Below are positions 18,361 through 27,527 of a DNA stretch of 64,000 nucleotides, piece after piece (within the stretch, counting starts at the first letter, position 1; each line of letters starts with the position of its first letter). A program made the position numbers and the translations under genes. Under the pieces are notes generated by a model. The model was given only the letters and a program-made list of their open reading frames with translations, made no database searches and had not been told where the DNA came from. This stretch comes from Myxococcota bacterium. GTDB lineage: Bacteria; Myxococcota_A; UBA9160; SZUA-336. The stretch covers positions 1,824,001 to 1,888,000 of the forward strand of contig CBDFGR010000003.1 of NCBI GenBank assembly GCA_965247115.1. The letters are read 5' to 3'.

Positions 18361-19250
18361 GCTTTCTCCTCGAAGGCGGGGGCGGGCTCGGCGACGCGTT
18401 GGCAGACCCCCTCCGCGATCCGCCGCACGGGCTGCCAGGAAACCAGTTCGGGCACTTCGCAGGGGGAGCCGCCCCGATCGCAGAGCGCAGCTAGCTCGGG
18501 GTCGAAGGGTACGCTACCCAGGCACGGAAGATCGAGCTTCACCTGTGACTGCGCGGGGAACAGAGGCTTGACCTGCCCGCAGTCGGAGCAGTAGTAGCCG
18601 TCCATGTTACAGACGTACCCCAGGATCCGGTTCGGGGTCCTCGCGAGTGCATCGACCGAGCGCGTCACGACCCCGGTCGCCAGATCGGAGGGAATCGTGA
18701 CCAGCACGAATAGAGTCGCGGGGCCCAGGAGCTCGGCGTACTGCACGATCCGTTCGGCGCCCGGGGGCAGGTCGATCAGGAGGTAGTCGAGCTTCCCCCA
18801 GTCCATGCATGCCATGAGCTCACGCAGGAACGTGAACTCCTTGGTTGCCCGCCAGGTGTGCGACGACCCGTTCGCCACATTCTCGAACTCGACGGAACGC
18901 GGCTCGGGGATCAGGCTGCCCATCGAGACCACGCCGATCCCGTTCCGCGTCGTCGGAACCGGAGCCCCGCTCTCGCCAGGAAACAGCGGCCGGTCTTGCA
19001 CCGCTCCCAGGCGTGCCTGCGAAGGGCCGTTCAGATCGGCGTCCAGGATCGAGACCGTCTTCCCCAGCTCGCGCAGCGCGTACGCGAGCTGCATCGTGAG
19101 CGTGCTCTTCCCCACGCCCCCCTTGCCGGAACCGACGGCCAGCAGGTTCCGCACGCCGGAAAGGCTCCGGGTCACACTCTCCTGCTGGGCCTCGACCTGC
19201 TGCAGGATGTCGGATCCTCCGTCCCCTGCAATGTCGTGGTAGCTCTTCAC
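18357..19250 (-). CDS. Mrp/NBP35 (ApbC-like) P-loop ATPase, Fe-S carrier family
   Basis: GSGKGGVGKST, DADLNGPS, WGKLDYLLIDLPPG, NMDGYYCSDCG, LGSVPFDP. Confidence 0.92.
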   Translation of the reverse strand: MKSYHDIAGDGGSDILQQVEAQQESVTRSLSGVRNLLAVGSGKGGVGKSTLTMQLAYALRELGKTVSILDADLNGPSQARLGAVQDRPLFPGESGAPVPTTRNGIGVVSMGSLIPEPRSVEFENVANGSSHTWRATKEFTFLRELMACMDWGKLDYLLIDLPPGAERIVQYAELLGPATLFVLVTIPSDLATGVVTRSVDALARTPNRILGYVCNMDGYYCSDCGQVKPLFPAQSQVKLDLPCLGSVPFDPELAALCDRGGSPCEVPELVSWQPVRRIAEGVCQRVAEPAPAFEEKA

Positions 19251-19266
19251 GCTCTACTCCGCGGCA

Positions 19267-20142
19267 TCATCGCTGCGTTCGCGAGTCCGGGTTCGCCACG
19301 TAGCGGGTGTACGTTCGCGCACGCTGGAAGCCCATGGACTCGAGCCTATCCCATGAGATCTCCTCGCTCGAGACCCTCGGAATCGTCACCACGAGGGAGC
19401 CCGCCTGGCTAGCGACTCGAACCACCATCTCCAGCAGGACACGGGCCTCTGCTTCGCCGTCGCTCAGCTGTGTTCCGCCCAGGCCGACGATCTCGCGCTG
19501 ACCGTGTCGGGGAAGGTCGCGGAACAGCGCGCAGGCCTCGACCCGCGTCTCGGACGCGATGGCCAGCCCCTGGATCTGGTCCTTCCGGTTCTGCAGCGTG
19601 TCCAGGGCTCGCTCCCAGCTGCGGGAAACGGACGGGTCGAGGGCTCCGTAGCGCAGGAGGTCGTCCAGGCTGGCGGGGCTGACCACAGCCGTGTTCGCCG
19701 GGGGCGCGAGCGGCTTTGGCAGTGTGAAGTCGGCAAAGCTGTGCTCCGCCTCGTACCCGACGGCCTCGAACAAGGCGCCTACCGTCGGCAGGTCGTCGGG
19801 CACCTCCGCCACCATCCGGGGGGGACCCAGTACGGCGAGCTTTTGGCTCAGTGAGTCGAGCAGGTGCCGGGCGTGGCCTCGCCGCAGGAAGTCCGGATGG
19901 ACGCCGATCCTGTGGATCAGGGTTTCGCGTTCCCGCTTGGCGCCCGTGACCACGCCGATGGGATCGCGGTCGGCCGACGCCACCATGCAGCTGCTGCACC
20001 AGACGTTGAGCTCGCGGATCTCCCGCTTGAAATCCCCCGTGGACAGCGCGGCTTGATCCGAAAAGTGAACGGTGTAGCACGCGTTCAGCGCGTCGGTCAG
20101 GAGCGCGATGTCGTCGGTTCTGCAGAAGCGGTAAGCGGGCAT
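19267..20142 (-). CDS. GNAT-family N-acetyltransferase (probably tandem domains)
   Basis: IGVHPDFLRRGHARHLL acetyl-CoA-binding motif; LFEAVGY, LESMGF. Confidence 0.78.
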   Translation of the reverse strand: MPAYRFCRTDDIALLTDALNACYTVHFSDQAALSTGDFKREIRELNVWCSSCMVASADRDPIGVVTGAKRERETLIHRIGVHPDFLRRGHARHLLDSLSQKLAVLGPPRMVAEVPDDLPTVGALFEAVGYEAEHSFADFTLPKPLAPPANTAVVSPASLDDLLRYGALDPSVSRSWERALDTLQNRKDQIQGLAIASETRVEACALFRDLPRHGQREIVGLGGTQLSDGEAEARVLLEMVVRVASQAGSLVVTIPRVSSEEISWDRLESMGFQRARTYTRYVANPDSRTQR

Positions 20143-20152
20143 GGTCTGGTCA

Positions 20153-20268
20153 GGCGGGTTATCGGCGGGCGGAGCCCGCCTGCCCGAACGGCCAGCCTAC
20201 GGCTGGCCTCGGGCGGGTTATCGGCGGGCGAAGCCCCCTTGCCCGAACGGTCAGCCTACGGCTGGCCT
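20153..20268. repeat. Two tandem 59-bp palindromic units (second repeat family)
   Basis: Units start 20153 and 20212; hairpins GGCGGGC-GGA-GCCCGCC and GGCCAGCC-TAC-GGCTGGCC. Confidence 0.85.
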
Positions 20269-20271
20269 GGG

Positions 20272-22347
20272 TCACTCCTGTTTCTCCCCGGACCCCTCTT
20301 GCTGGGTCAGGAGCAGCCGCATGGCCGCCAGCTCGTTCATCGGGCTCACCTCGTTCAGCGGCTCGTCGCCAGTGCTGCTCGCCTCGGACTCGCGTTTTTG
20401 TGCGGCGGGGCACTGCGCGGCTGCGGCGCGTTCGTCGCGGCGCTCGTTTTCAGAGTCGACACCATTCTGGGAGACCATCTCGGCCATCATCTGCAGGCCG
20501 AGCTCGATACCGGCTTCGACGCGCGGGAGGTCGATCTCCCCACCTGCCGCCTCCCGAGCCAGCTCCTCGATCCGCGCCTGGGTCCGGTCTCGCATGAAGC
20601 CGGCGGGGACGCGTTGGATGCGCGCGATCGCGTCCTCGGTCCAGTCGAATTCAGAGAACAGCGGCGCGCGCCGGGCATCCCGCGCGATCAATCTCTTTCC
20701 ATCCGTCTCGGCCTCGGCGATCCGCTCGGCGTCCTCCGCGCCCTGCTCCGGCGCGGCGGCGAAGGGCAGGCCCGTCTCCTCCTCGATCAGCTTCCGGGCG
20801 AACTCGAGCGTCACGGTCTTCTGCCTCCGCAGCCGGGCTGACTTCTCGATCCGCGCCTTCGTGCGCCGCCGCAGGTAGGCCTCTTCGATTCCGAGCATCG
20901 CTCGGCGGGCCTCTTTGGTCCATTGCAGCTTGCGTCCGTCGTAGCTCGGCTCGTCGGCGGCCCCGCCCTCGCTCTTGACGAGGCGCTCGACCATCTCGGC
21001 CGTCAGGATCTCGAAGCTCGTGCCGCCACATACACTACACAGTGCGGGGTCGGGCTCGCGCGCGGTCAGCCCGCAGCTCTCGCACACGGCCACGGCCTGC
21101 TCCTGCGACCTACCGATGGCGACCGCCTCCGCCAGCCTGTTCATCGGGGCTTGCTTGGGCATGAAGCGCGCCATCGCTTCGTCCAAGAGCGAGCTGGTGA
21201 CGACGCTGTGACCCTTCTCCAGCGCCAGCCGCAAGATCGCCGTGCGCGCGATGCCCACGACCAGCTTGGGAACGCGCTCCATCCGCTCCTCGGCTTCTCG
21301 AGTCCACTTGATGCTCTCCTCCGCGCGGACGTCGAGCTCGGGCCGAGCGACTCGCGTGGTCAGCAGAATGTCGCACTCGGAGAGCCGCAGAAGGTTCTCC
21401 GAATTGCTCCCCAGGTTGGGGTCGTCCGGATCGCTGTGGACCCCGATCCGGCCCAGCACGAGCAGCCAGGGCTTGGTCTTGGTCGCGTGGTCGTGGATCT
21501 TCTGAAAGGTCTTGCCGTCGAGGAGGGTCTTGCCGACCTCGGTGCCCTCTGCGCCCGCCATCTGGTGGGCGACTTCCAGGTGAGACTGGTAGATCTGGGC
21601 GAGGCCGGTGTCGATGATCTCCTCGTGGAGCTGGTTCTGCTCCTCGAAGCGGAAGACCTTCGACGCCTTCTCGGTGAGGGTCCCGACCAGCCCGTTGAAT
21701 ACGAGGTAGTGGAGGTAGGGGTCGTACACGCCGATGAGCTCGACTCGCTTGTTGAACGCCCTGGCCAGCTCGAGCGCGGTCTCCAGCGCCCCGAACGACT
21801 GCGGGCTCCCGTCGATGCCGACGAGGATCGTGTCCCGCTCCGGCTCGTCCTTCTTGGGCACGTGCTTCGTCACCCAGACGTCCTGGGAACACGAACGGGC
21901 CACGCGCTCGCAGACCGATCCGATCTGGCTGTCGCGCTGACGTCCGAGACCCAGCGCTCCCAGGACCACCAGGTCGCAGTCCGACTCTTCCAGATCCCGG
22001 CGGATCTCGACGTGATGCTTCCCGTCGATCATGCGGCCCTCGAAAGGCAGCTCCTCTCTTGCGCAGCGCTGTTTCATGCTTTCGAGGTAGCTGTCCGAGA
22101 TCAGCTCGAGCCCCATGGTGATCAGGCTGTCGTGGATCTTCCGCTGCCGCTCGAGCTCGTTCTCCTCCAGATACTCTTCCGGGAGCGAGTACTCCATCTG
22201 CTTGAAGCGGTAGTCGTGCATCTTGGCCGCGTAGACGTGACAGCCCACCAACTCGGAGCTGAAGGCCTTGCCGACGCGCACCGCGGACTCGATGGCCCGG
22301 TTGGAGTGTGCCGAGTTGTCGACGGGCACGTAGATCTTCTTGTACAT
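20272..22347 (-). CDS. Multidomain universal stress protein: USP-USP-PCP_red-Zn ribbon-PCP_red-PCP_red
   Basis: YKKIYVPVDNS..GSVCERV; ILVGIDGS..GSNSENLLR; CESC..CSVC; three WTxEA/DA modules; GGAGG RBS before ATG 22347. Confidence 0.85.
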   Translation of the reverse strand: MYKKIYVPVDNSAHSNRAIESAVRVGKAFSSELVGCHVYAAKMHDYRFKQMEYSLPEEYLEENELERQRKIHDSLITMGLELISDSYLESMKQRCAREELPFEGRMIDGKHHVEIRRDLEESDCDLVVLGALGLGRQRDSQIGSVCERVARSCSQDVWVTKHVPKKDEPERDTILVGIDGSPQSFGALETALELARAFNKRVELIGVYDPYLHYLVFNGLVGTLTEKASKVFRFEEQNQLHEEIIDTGLAQIYQSHLEVAHQMAGAEGTEVGKTLLDGKTFQKIHDHATKTKPWLLVLGRIGVHSDPDDPNLGSNSENLLRLSECDILLTTRVARPELDVRAEESIKWTREAEERMERVPKLVVGIARTAILRLALEKGHSVVTSSLLDEAMARFMPKQAPMNRLAEAVAIGRSQEQAVAVCESCGLTAREPDPALCSVCGGTSFEILTAEMVERLVKSEGGAADEPSYDGRKLQWTKEARRAMLGIEEAYLRRRTKARIEKSARLRRQKTVTLEFARKLIEEETGLPFAAAPEQGAEDAERIAEAETDGKRLIARDARRAPLFSEFDWTEDAIARIQRVPAGFMRDRTQARIEELAREAAGGEIDLPRVEAGIELGLQMMAEMVSQNGVDSENERRDERAAAAQCPAAQKRESEASSTGDEPLNEVSPMNELAAMRLLLTQQEGSGEKQE

Positions 22348-22382
22348 CGCTGCCTCCGTGTTTGGAGCCGGGGTTGTCATGC

Positions 22383-23927
22383 TCACGACTCTCGGACCTC
22401 CTGGTGCGCGGGTGCCTGCGGCTGCTCATTCGCCCAGCGCCGGCGAAAGGCGCGAAGCCCGATCATCTCGCCGACGGCCGCCAGGAAGATCACGGCGATC
22501 GGCCAGACGTAGGCCGTGAGCGGCGTTTCGGGCTCGAGCAACAGGTAGTACCAGCGAGAGATCGCGCGCTGCTTGCCTTCTTCGTTGCGATCGCCGTCCC
22601 AGATGTTCCAGGCGATCGGGATCATCTGGCCGGGCGTAAAGGCGACCTCGTCGTCCTGGCTTGCCCCCAGGCTGCGGCGCAAGACGACCCGGTACTGCCC
22701 ATCCTGGTACGCGCCGACGGCGCTCACCGGCGAGGGCCGGGGTGTCACGTCGTCCATGCCACGGGTCAGGAAGGTCTCGGTCTCGCCTCCGGCGCTCCAT
22801 TGCCAGCTATCGACCGGACGTCGGCGGTCGCCCATCAGGAAATAGGGCTTCTTTCCCTCCTCGAGCTCACGCGCGGGGAAGAGGACCGACACCCGATCGG
22901 TCGGCCTGGCGTTGCTGCCATCATCGTGGAACCGGTCGTGCCAGACGAGGAGCAGGGCGAGCTCGCGCTCGTCGAACAGGACCCGTGCGTTCACGCTCTG
23001 AACCGAGGGATTGAACAGCCTCGGTCGCTGGATGATCTGCCCGGCCATGCGGACGTCGAGTGCCGGAACCTCGTCCCAGGCCGGCGCGAACGGATCGTCG
23101 GGAATGGAGTCGGTCTTCGTACCCCGTACGATCTCGCCCCAGACGGGCTTGCGGCCGATGCTCTCGGTGTAGTTCGCCAGGTGCGCCAGATCCTCGTGGG
23201 CCCACGCGTCGGAGAAGGAGGGCATGGGCGTACCGTTCACGCCCGTTGTCAGGGTCCTGTAGATATCCTGTGCGGTGCTTCCGCCGCGCAGGACCCAGGG
23301 CTGGGTGAGGTCGGCGGGCCAGATCTTGTTTCCCCACTCGTCCTCTTGCTCGGATGCCGAGGGTCCGTTCCCGCGCCCGCTCTCGCCATGGCACTTGGCG
23401 CACTCCGCCTTCACGTAGACCTCGGCGCCGCGTGCAAGGCTCTCGGGCGAGGCCTCTGGCAGCCCGTCGATCAGGAACTCCTGCTCCGCGGGGTAGTCCG
23501 CGAAGTCCTCGCTGAAGCTCTTGAGGTAGTCCACCAGCTGCCAGATCTGCTCGTCGCTGAGGATCCCCTGCCACTCGGGCATGGAGGTGCCGGGCATGCC
23601 CTTGCGGACGATCTGGAACAGATCGAGGTCGGTCGGGAGCTCGCCCTGCATCGTCGTGCGAATCTTGTAGACGCCTCGCCGGAAGTCCCTGGGACGCGGG
23701 TCGAGCAGGTCGGCCATCAAGCCCTGGCCATCCCCCTCCGCTCCGTGGCACTGCTCGCAGTGGTCGGCGTACAGCGCCTTCCCGGCGGCCAGATTCTCTG
23801 GGCTGGTCTCGCGAGGGCTCGGCGGAGCCAGACGGAAGCCGCGCGACTCGAAGTCCTGCGCCGTTGCGCCGGCGGGCAAGAGAAGTGCGCCGGCGAGCAG
23901 GGCTATGACGCAGCGTGCGTGCGTCAT
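22383..23927 (-). CDS. Diheme cytochrome c fused to ethylbenzene-dehydrogenase-gamma/DOMON-like domain, C-terminal TM anchor
   Basis: Signal peptide, CEQCH, CAKCH, GTSMP/GTPMP; LLVWHD, DRVSVLFP, KPYFLMG, IAWNIWDG..E..K. Confidence 0.85.
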   Translation of the reverse strand: MTHARCVIALLAGALLLPAGATAQDFESRGFRLAPPSPRETSPENLAAGKALYADHCEQCHGAEGDGQGLMADLLDPRPRDFRRGVYKIRTTMQGELPTDLDLFQIVRKGMPGTSMPEWQGILSDEQIWQLVDYLKSFSEDFADYPAEQEFLIDGLPEASPESLARGAEVYVKAECAKCHGESGRGNGPSASEQEDEWGNKIWPADLTQPWVLRGGSTAQDIYRTLTTGVNGTPMPSFSDAWAHEDLAHLANYTESIGRKPVWGEIVRGTKTDSIPDDPFAPAWDEVPALDVRMAGQIIQRPRLFNPSVQSVNARVLFDERELALLLVWHDRFHDDGSNARPTDRVSVLFPARELEEGKKPYFLMGDRRRPVDSWQWSAGGETETFLTRGMDDVTPRPSPVSAVGAYQDGQYRVVLRRSLGASQDDEVAFTPGQMIPIAWNIWDGDRNEEGKQRAISRWYYLLLEPETPLTAYVWPIAVIFLAAVGEMIGLRAFRRRWANEQPQAPAHQEVRES

Positions 23928-24674
23928 TCAGTGCCCCTCCGCGGAGCTCGACGCCCGCGGCGTGTAGCCTGCGGCGTCGTAGATGTAGGCGACCACCTGC
24001 CAGATCTCTTCTTCTGTCAGAAGGTCCTGCCAGATCGGCATGGAGGAGTTCCAGGGAGTCGCACCGTCCGGGAGCCCGGGACCGCCTGTGGCGACGCGCC
24101 AGAAGACGTAGGTCTCCTCCAGCTGCGCGATCGTGCCGCTGTCGCGAAAGTTGGCCGGCAGCGGGTTCACCGCGTCGGCGAAGTGGCCCTGCCCGTTCAG
24201 GTAGTCGCCATGGCAGTACATGCAGTTGCGGTAGTAGACGCGTCGACCCGCGGCGAGGTTCTCCGCGTTCACCTCCATGCCCTCAGGACGGTGGCCGCCG
24301 AGCACATCGAAGTCAGCCCCGTGCAGGCGGAAGATCGCCGGGGGCTCGGGGTGAATCACGCGAGCCTCGAACGGCGGGTCGAAGCGCGGCCGGACGCTGT
24401 TGAACGTGTACCAGCCGAGTAGCAGCGGAACGGCGACGAGCACCCCCAGCCTGGGAGCGGCGAGATGGCGCTCCCGCAACAGTGTCACGAGGGGGGCCAG
24501 AAAGGCCGCCGTGCGTTCCTGGTCGGCCAGGATGTACACGAGGATGGCGACGGTGGTGATCGCCATGTACAGGCCCATGACCTGGCCCGGGATCGGCGGC
24601 TGGACGCCGAACCGGAGCGCCGCCCACACCCCGAGCCAGACGAGCGCAGCCAGCGGGAGCGCGAGCCTACGCAT
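23928..24674 (-). CDS. Membrane-anchored monoheme cytochrome c
   Basis: Three N-terminal hydrophobic segments, CMYCH, PLPANF, SSMPIW. Confidence 0.88.
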   Translation of the reverse strand: MRRLALPLAALVWLGVWAALRFGVQPPIPGQVMGLYMAITTVAILVYILADQERTAAFLAPLVTLLRERHLAAPRLGVLVAVPLLLGWYTFNSVRPRFDPPFEARVIHPEPPAIFRLHGADFDVLGGHRPEGMEVNAENLAAGRRVYYRNCMYCHGDYLNGQGHFADAVNPLPANFRDSGTIAQLEETYVFWRVATGGPGLPDGATPWNSSMPIWQDLLTEEEIWQVVAYIYDAAGYTPRASSSAEGH

Positions 24675-25587
24675 TCTGGTCTCCAGACGCGACTGCCCGA
24701 CGGATCGCCAGCCTGCGCATGATCCACACCCCCCCGTTGAACAGCACGATCAGGGACACGAGCGGCACTGCCGGGTGGGCGAGGCGCTCGGAGAGCGACA
24801 CCTCGCCCGAGAGGTAGCTCACGATCTGGTCGAGCTCCTCGGTTGGCACCGTCTCTGCGAAGTCCTGCAGCATGAGTCCCGGCGGGAAGCCCTCCGCGAT
24901 GACGGAGTTCGGATCCGTGATCGACTGGCGGATCTCCGCTGCCGACAGCCGCTCGCGCACGTTCGTGAGGGGAGGGCCCACGAGCCGGATGGTTCCGTTC
25001 ACGTCGTGGCACGCGATGCAGCCGTGCCTGGTGACGAGGTCCCTGCCCGGGTGGGTGTCGACCGCGGCCGTCGGTTGCTCCTTCTTGGTCGCCGCTGCTG
25101 CAACATCTTGGGCCGTGATCTCGACCGTGACCTCGCCGCCGAGCGACTGCAGGTAGGCGATCAGCGCCTTGAGCTCGGTCGGGGCCAGGTCTGCCGGTGG
25201 CAGGGTCGCGACCGGCATGATGGTCAGGCCGCCGGCGGCGGCGAACTCCTCGACCACGTACGCGCCCGGGTCGACGAGCGATTCGACCAGGTAGGCCTCG
25301 GCGCTCATGCCAGGCTTGCGCGACGCGGCCCGGGCGCCTATGCCGCGGAGATCGGGCCCGCGGTTGTTTCCCTGCTCGGTGACCTTGTGGCAGAGCAGGC
25401 AACCCCCCCTCGCTCCGAGCAGGGTTCTGCCCATGCTGACCAGTGCGTCGGTATCGGTGTCGACGCTGATCTCTAGCTCGGGCGGCGGATGCTCCTCCGT
25501 CTGCGTCAACCAGAACTGACCGATCGACCCGTAGAAGACGGTGATCACGATCACGAACAGGAGGATTCTCAGGAAGACGGCTCTCAC
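24667..25587 (-). CDS. Membrane-anchored diheme cytochrome c
   Basis: N- and C-terminal TM, CLLCH, CIACH, GPDL/GPPL, YLVESLVDP. Confidence 0.9.
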   Translation of the reverse strand: MRAVFLRILLFVIVITVFYGSIGQFWLTQTEEHPPPELEISVDTDTDALVSMGRTLLGARGGCLLCHKVTEQGNNRGPDLRGIGARAASRKPGMSAEAYLVESLVDPGAYVVEEFAAAGGLTIMPVATLPPADLAPTELKALIAYLQSLGGEVTVEITAQDVAAAATKKEQPTAAVDTHPGRDLVTRHGCIACHDVNGTIRLVGPPLTNVRERLSAAEIRQSITDPNSVIAEGFPPGLMLQDFAETVPTEELDQIVSYLSGEVSLSERLAHPAVPLVSLIVLFNGGVWIMRRLAIRRAVASGDQNA

Positions 25588-27338
25588 GTCGCCAGTCGCT
25601 CCCGCCGCTCGGAGCGCATCGCCAGAGCGAACACCCCCGCGACGAACAGGAAGAACGTGATGACGATGATCGACACGACCATGGTCGCGAACCCGTGGGT
25701 CGGGATGTACGCGCCCTCGCTCGTGTCGCGCATGACCTGATAGACGTGCCAGTGCTGGCGGACGCCGGAGCGGATGTAGCCCATCAGTCCCATCAGCCAG
25801 GTGAAGGTGGCGGCCAGGAAGAACAGCACGTACTGCGAGAGCCTCGGCATCTGGCCCCAGCGGATCTCACCGAGCGACTGCGCTCCGCGGAACGCCGGAC
25901 CCTCGATCGCGAGGAACAGCACCATGAAGGCGCCGACCATGAGCGGCTGGTAGCCGGACAGCCCGACGCGCACGGCAGCGGGGACGAAGTAGCCGTAGAT
26001 CCCGATCCAGACGATCCCGACGATGACCGCCGCGAAGGCCAGGCCCTGGATCCAGTTGCCGAGGACGGCGAAGCCCGCCGTGGCCAGCTTGTTGCCGCGC
26101 CGGTACAGCATGAACGTGATGAACGTGGAGATGATCATCAGGTTCACGGCGGTGTTCTTGGCAGACATGACGCCGAGCACGCCGAGCCTGGGGTGGTGCG
26201 CCGCGCCCATCGCCTGCATCTCGGCGAACGTCGCGATGATGGTGTGGGGCGTCGCCCAGACCGCGAGGCCGGTCGCCAGAACGATCAGCACCGGGGCCTG
26301 GAACACGCGATAACGCTCGCCGCCGGGGATGCGGCCCATGGCCAGCCACAGGTAGAGGTTGATCGCCAGGAACAGCGAGCCGATCAGGATGGCCTGCAGA
26401 ATCCACAGCTGGGCGAAGGAGCCGCCCATCATCGACACGCCCATCTGCTGGCTGTACGTGTAGATCTCAAGCCCGAGGTAGTAGCCGGCGAACGGCAGGG
26501 GGATGAAGGCAGCGACGGCGATGAAGCTCCCGATGTACCCCATCCAGTCGTAGTTGGCCCGTTCCTCGTCGTCGGTCGCCGCCAGGAAGCGGAAGGCGGC
26601 ATAGGCGCCCACGATGGCTCCGCCGAAGCACACGTTGGCGAGCAGCCGGTGGATGTTCAGTGGGTTCCAGGCGAAGTTCATGAAGGCGTCGGCCCGGCTG
26701 GTGACCGTGATGGCCAGGTCGGTGCCCTCGATGCCGCCCGGAGTCATCATGTAGCCCGTCCAGGCGTTCGTGATGACCAGGATCGCGATTCCCCCGACGT
26801 TGACCATCACTCCCAGGAAGATGTGCCAGCCCTTGCGCGGCCCCTGGAGCAGGTCCCACGTGTACCAGTACAGGTACGCGAACAGCGCCTCTCCGAAGAT
26901 CACGGCCACGTAGAAGCCCCAGGTGGGGTCGAACACCTTCTCCATGTGGGAGACGAACCTGGGGTAGAGCCCGACCAGCGCCACCAGCAAGAGCGCGCCG
27001 AGGGTGGCGGTGATCGTGTAGCTCATTGCCAGAAGGCGGGTGAAATCCTTGGCCAGTCCGTCGTAGCGCTCGCTCTTCGTGACGAAGCCGAGCACCTCGG
27101 CGATCAGCGCGAAGATCGGCACGCCCAGCACGAAGGCAGCGAAAAGGAGGTGACCTTGGGCCAGGCACCAGACGAGCACGCGGCTGCCGATCACGGGGAA
27201 GTGGCGGTAGTCGGCGGCCTCGAACGCCTGCGGCAGCAGCCAGACCAGGAGATAGACGCCGGTGAGGATGAGCGAGACCTTCAGAACCCCGCCGCGAACT
27301 CCCCCCAGGGCTCCCGGCCAGCTCTTGGCCTCGGCCAT
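25584..27338 (-). CDS. Cytochrome bd-superfamily subunit I-like oxidase (non-canonical, Nitrospira-type/OR-N-like)
   Basis: QGHLLFAAFVLGVP (heme His), NAW..YMMTP, NIHRLLAN (His), MGYIRSGVRQHW in place of EVGRQPW. Confidence 0.85.
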   Translation of the reverse strand: MAEAKSWPGALGGVRGGVLKVSLILTGVYLLVWLLPQAFEAADYRHFPVIGSRVLVWCLAQGHLLFAAFVLGVPIFALIAEVLGFVTKSERYDGLAKDFTRLLAMSYTITATLGALLLVALVGLYPRFVSHMEKVFDPTWGFYVAVIFGEALFAYLYWYTWDLLQGPRKGWHIFLGVMVNVGGIAILVITNAWTGYMMTPGGIEGTDLAITVTSRADAFMNFAWNPLNIHRLLANVCFGGAIVGAYAAFRFLAATDDEERANYDWMGYIGSFIAVAAFIPLPFAGYYLGLEIYTYSQQMGVSMMGGSFAQLWILQAILIGSLFLAINLYLWLAMGRIPGGERYRVFQAPVLIVLATGLAVWATPHTIIATFAEMQAMGAAHHPRLGVLGVMSAKNTAVNLMIISTFITFMLYRRGNKLATAGFAVLGNWIQGLAFAAVIVGIVWIGIYGYFVPAAVRVGLSGYQPLMVGAFMVLFLAIEGPAFRGAQSLGEIRWGQMPRLSQYVLFFLAATFTWLMGLMGYIRSGVRQHWHVYQVMRDTSEGAYIPTHGFATMVVSIIVITFFLFVAGVFALAMRSERRERLAT

Positions 27339-27527
27339 CCACGCCTCCCCACTGCAACGCGGCCCATCGGCCCGCGGGTCCGGTTGAGATTCGCGCTACG
27401 GTATGCTGAAATGCCGCGGGCTGTCCAGAGGTCACAGGAGGGTTTGCCGGAGCCTCCAGGCTTGAGACCTCACAGTCACCGCGTCGAGTCGCCGCACTCC
27501 GGCTTGTCACAGGCGATAGGGGGATCC

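Noticed and set aside
17737..21310. PCP_red-like modules as evidence of (bacterio)chlorophyll synthesis
   Set aside because: Only the small C-terminal module is present; no BchL/N/B catalytic domains or photosynthesis genes in the window
22383..27338. Evidence that the organism is a nitrite oxidiser
   Set aside because: No molybdopterin NxrA/NxrB genes in the window; similarity to Nitrospira-type clusters alone is insufficient
25695..27527. 859-aa ORF 25695..28274 as one protein
   Set aside because: The first ~610 codons are the antisense shadow of the CydA-like gene; only 27528-28274 has a signal peptide and motifs
27339..27527. FNR/CRP or sigma70 sites in the divergent promoter (TTGAGA..TATGCT; GTCACAGG twice)
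   Set aside because: 12-nt spacing is wrong for sigma70 and there is no complete palindromic box
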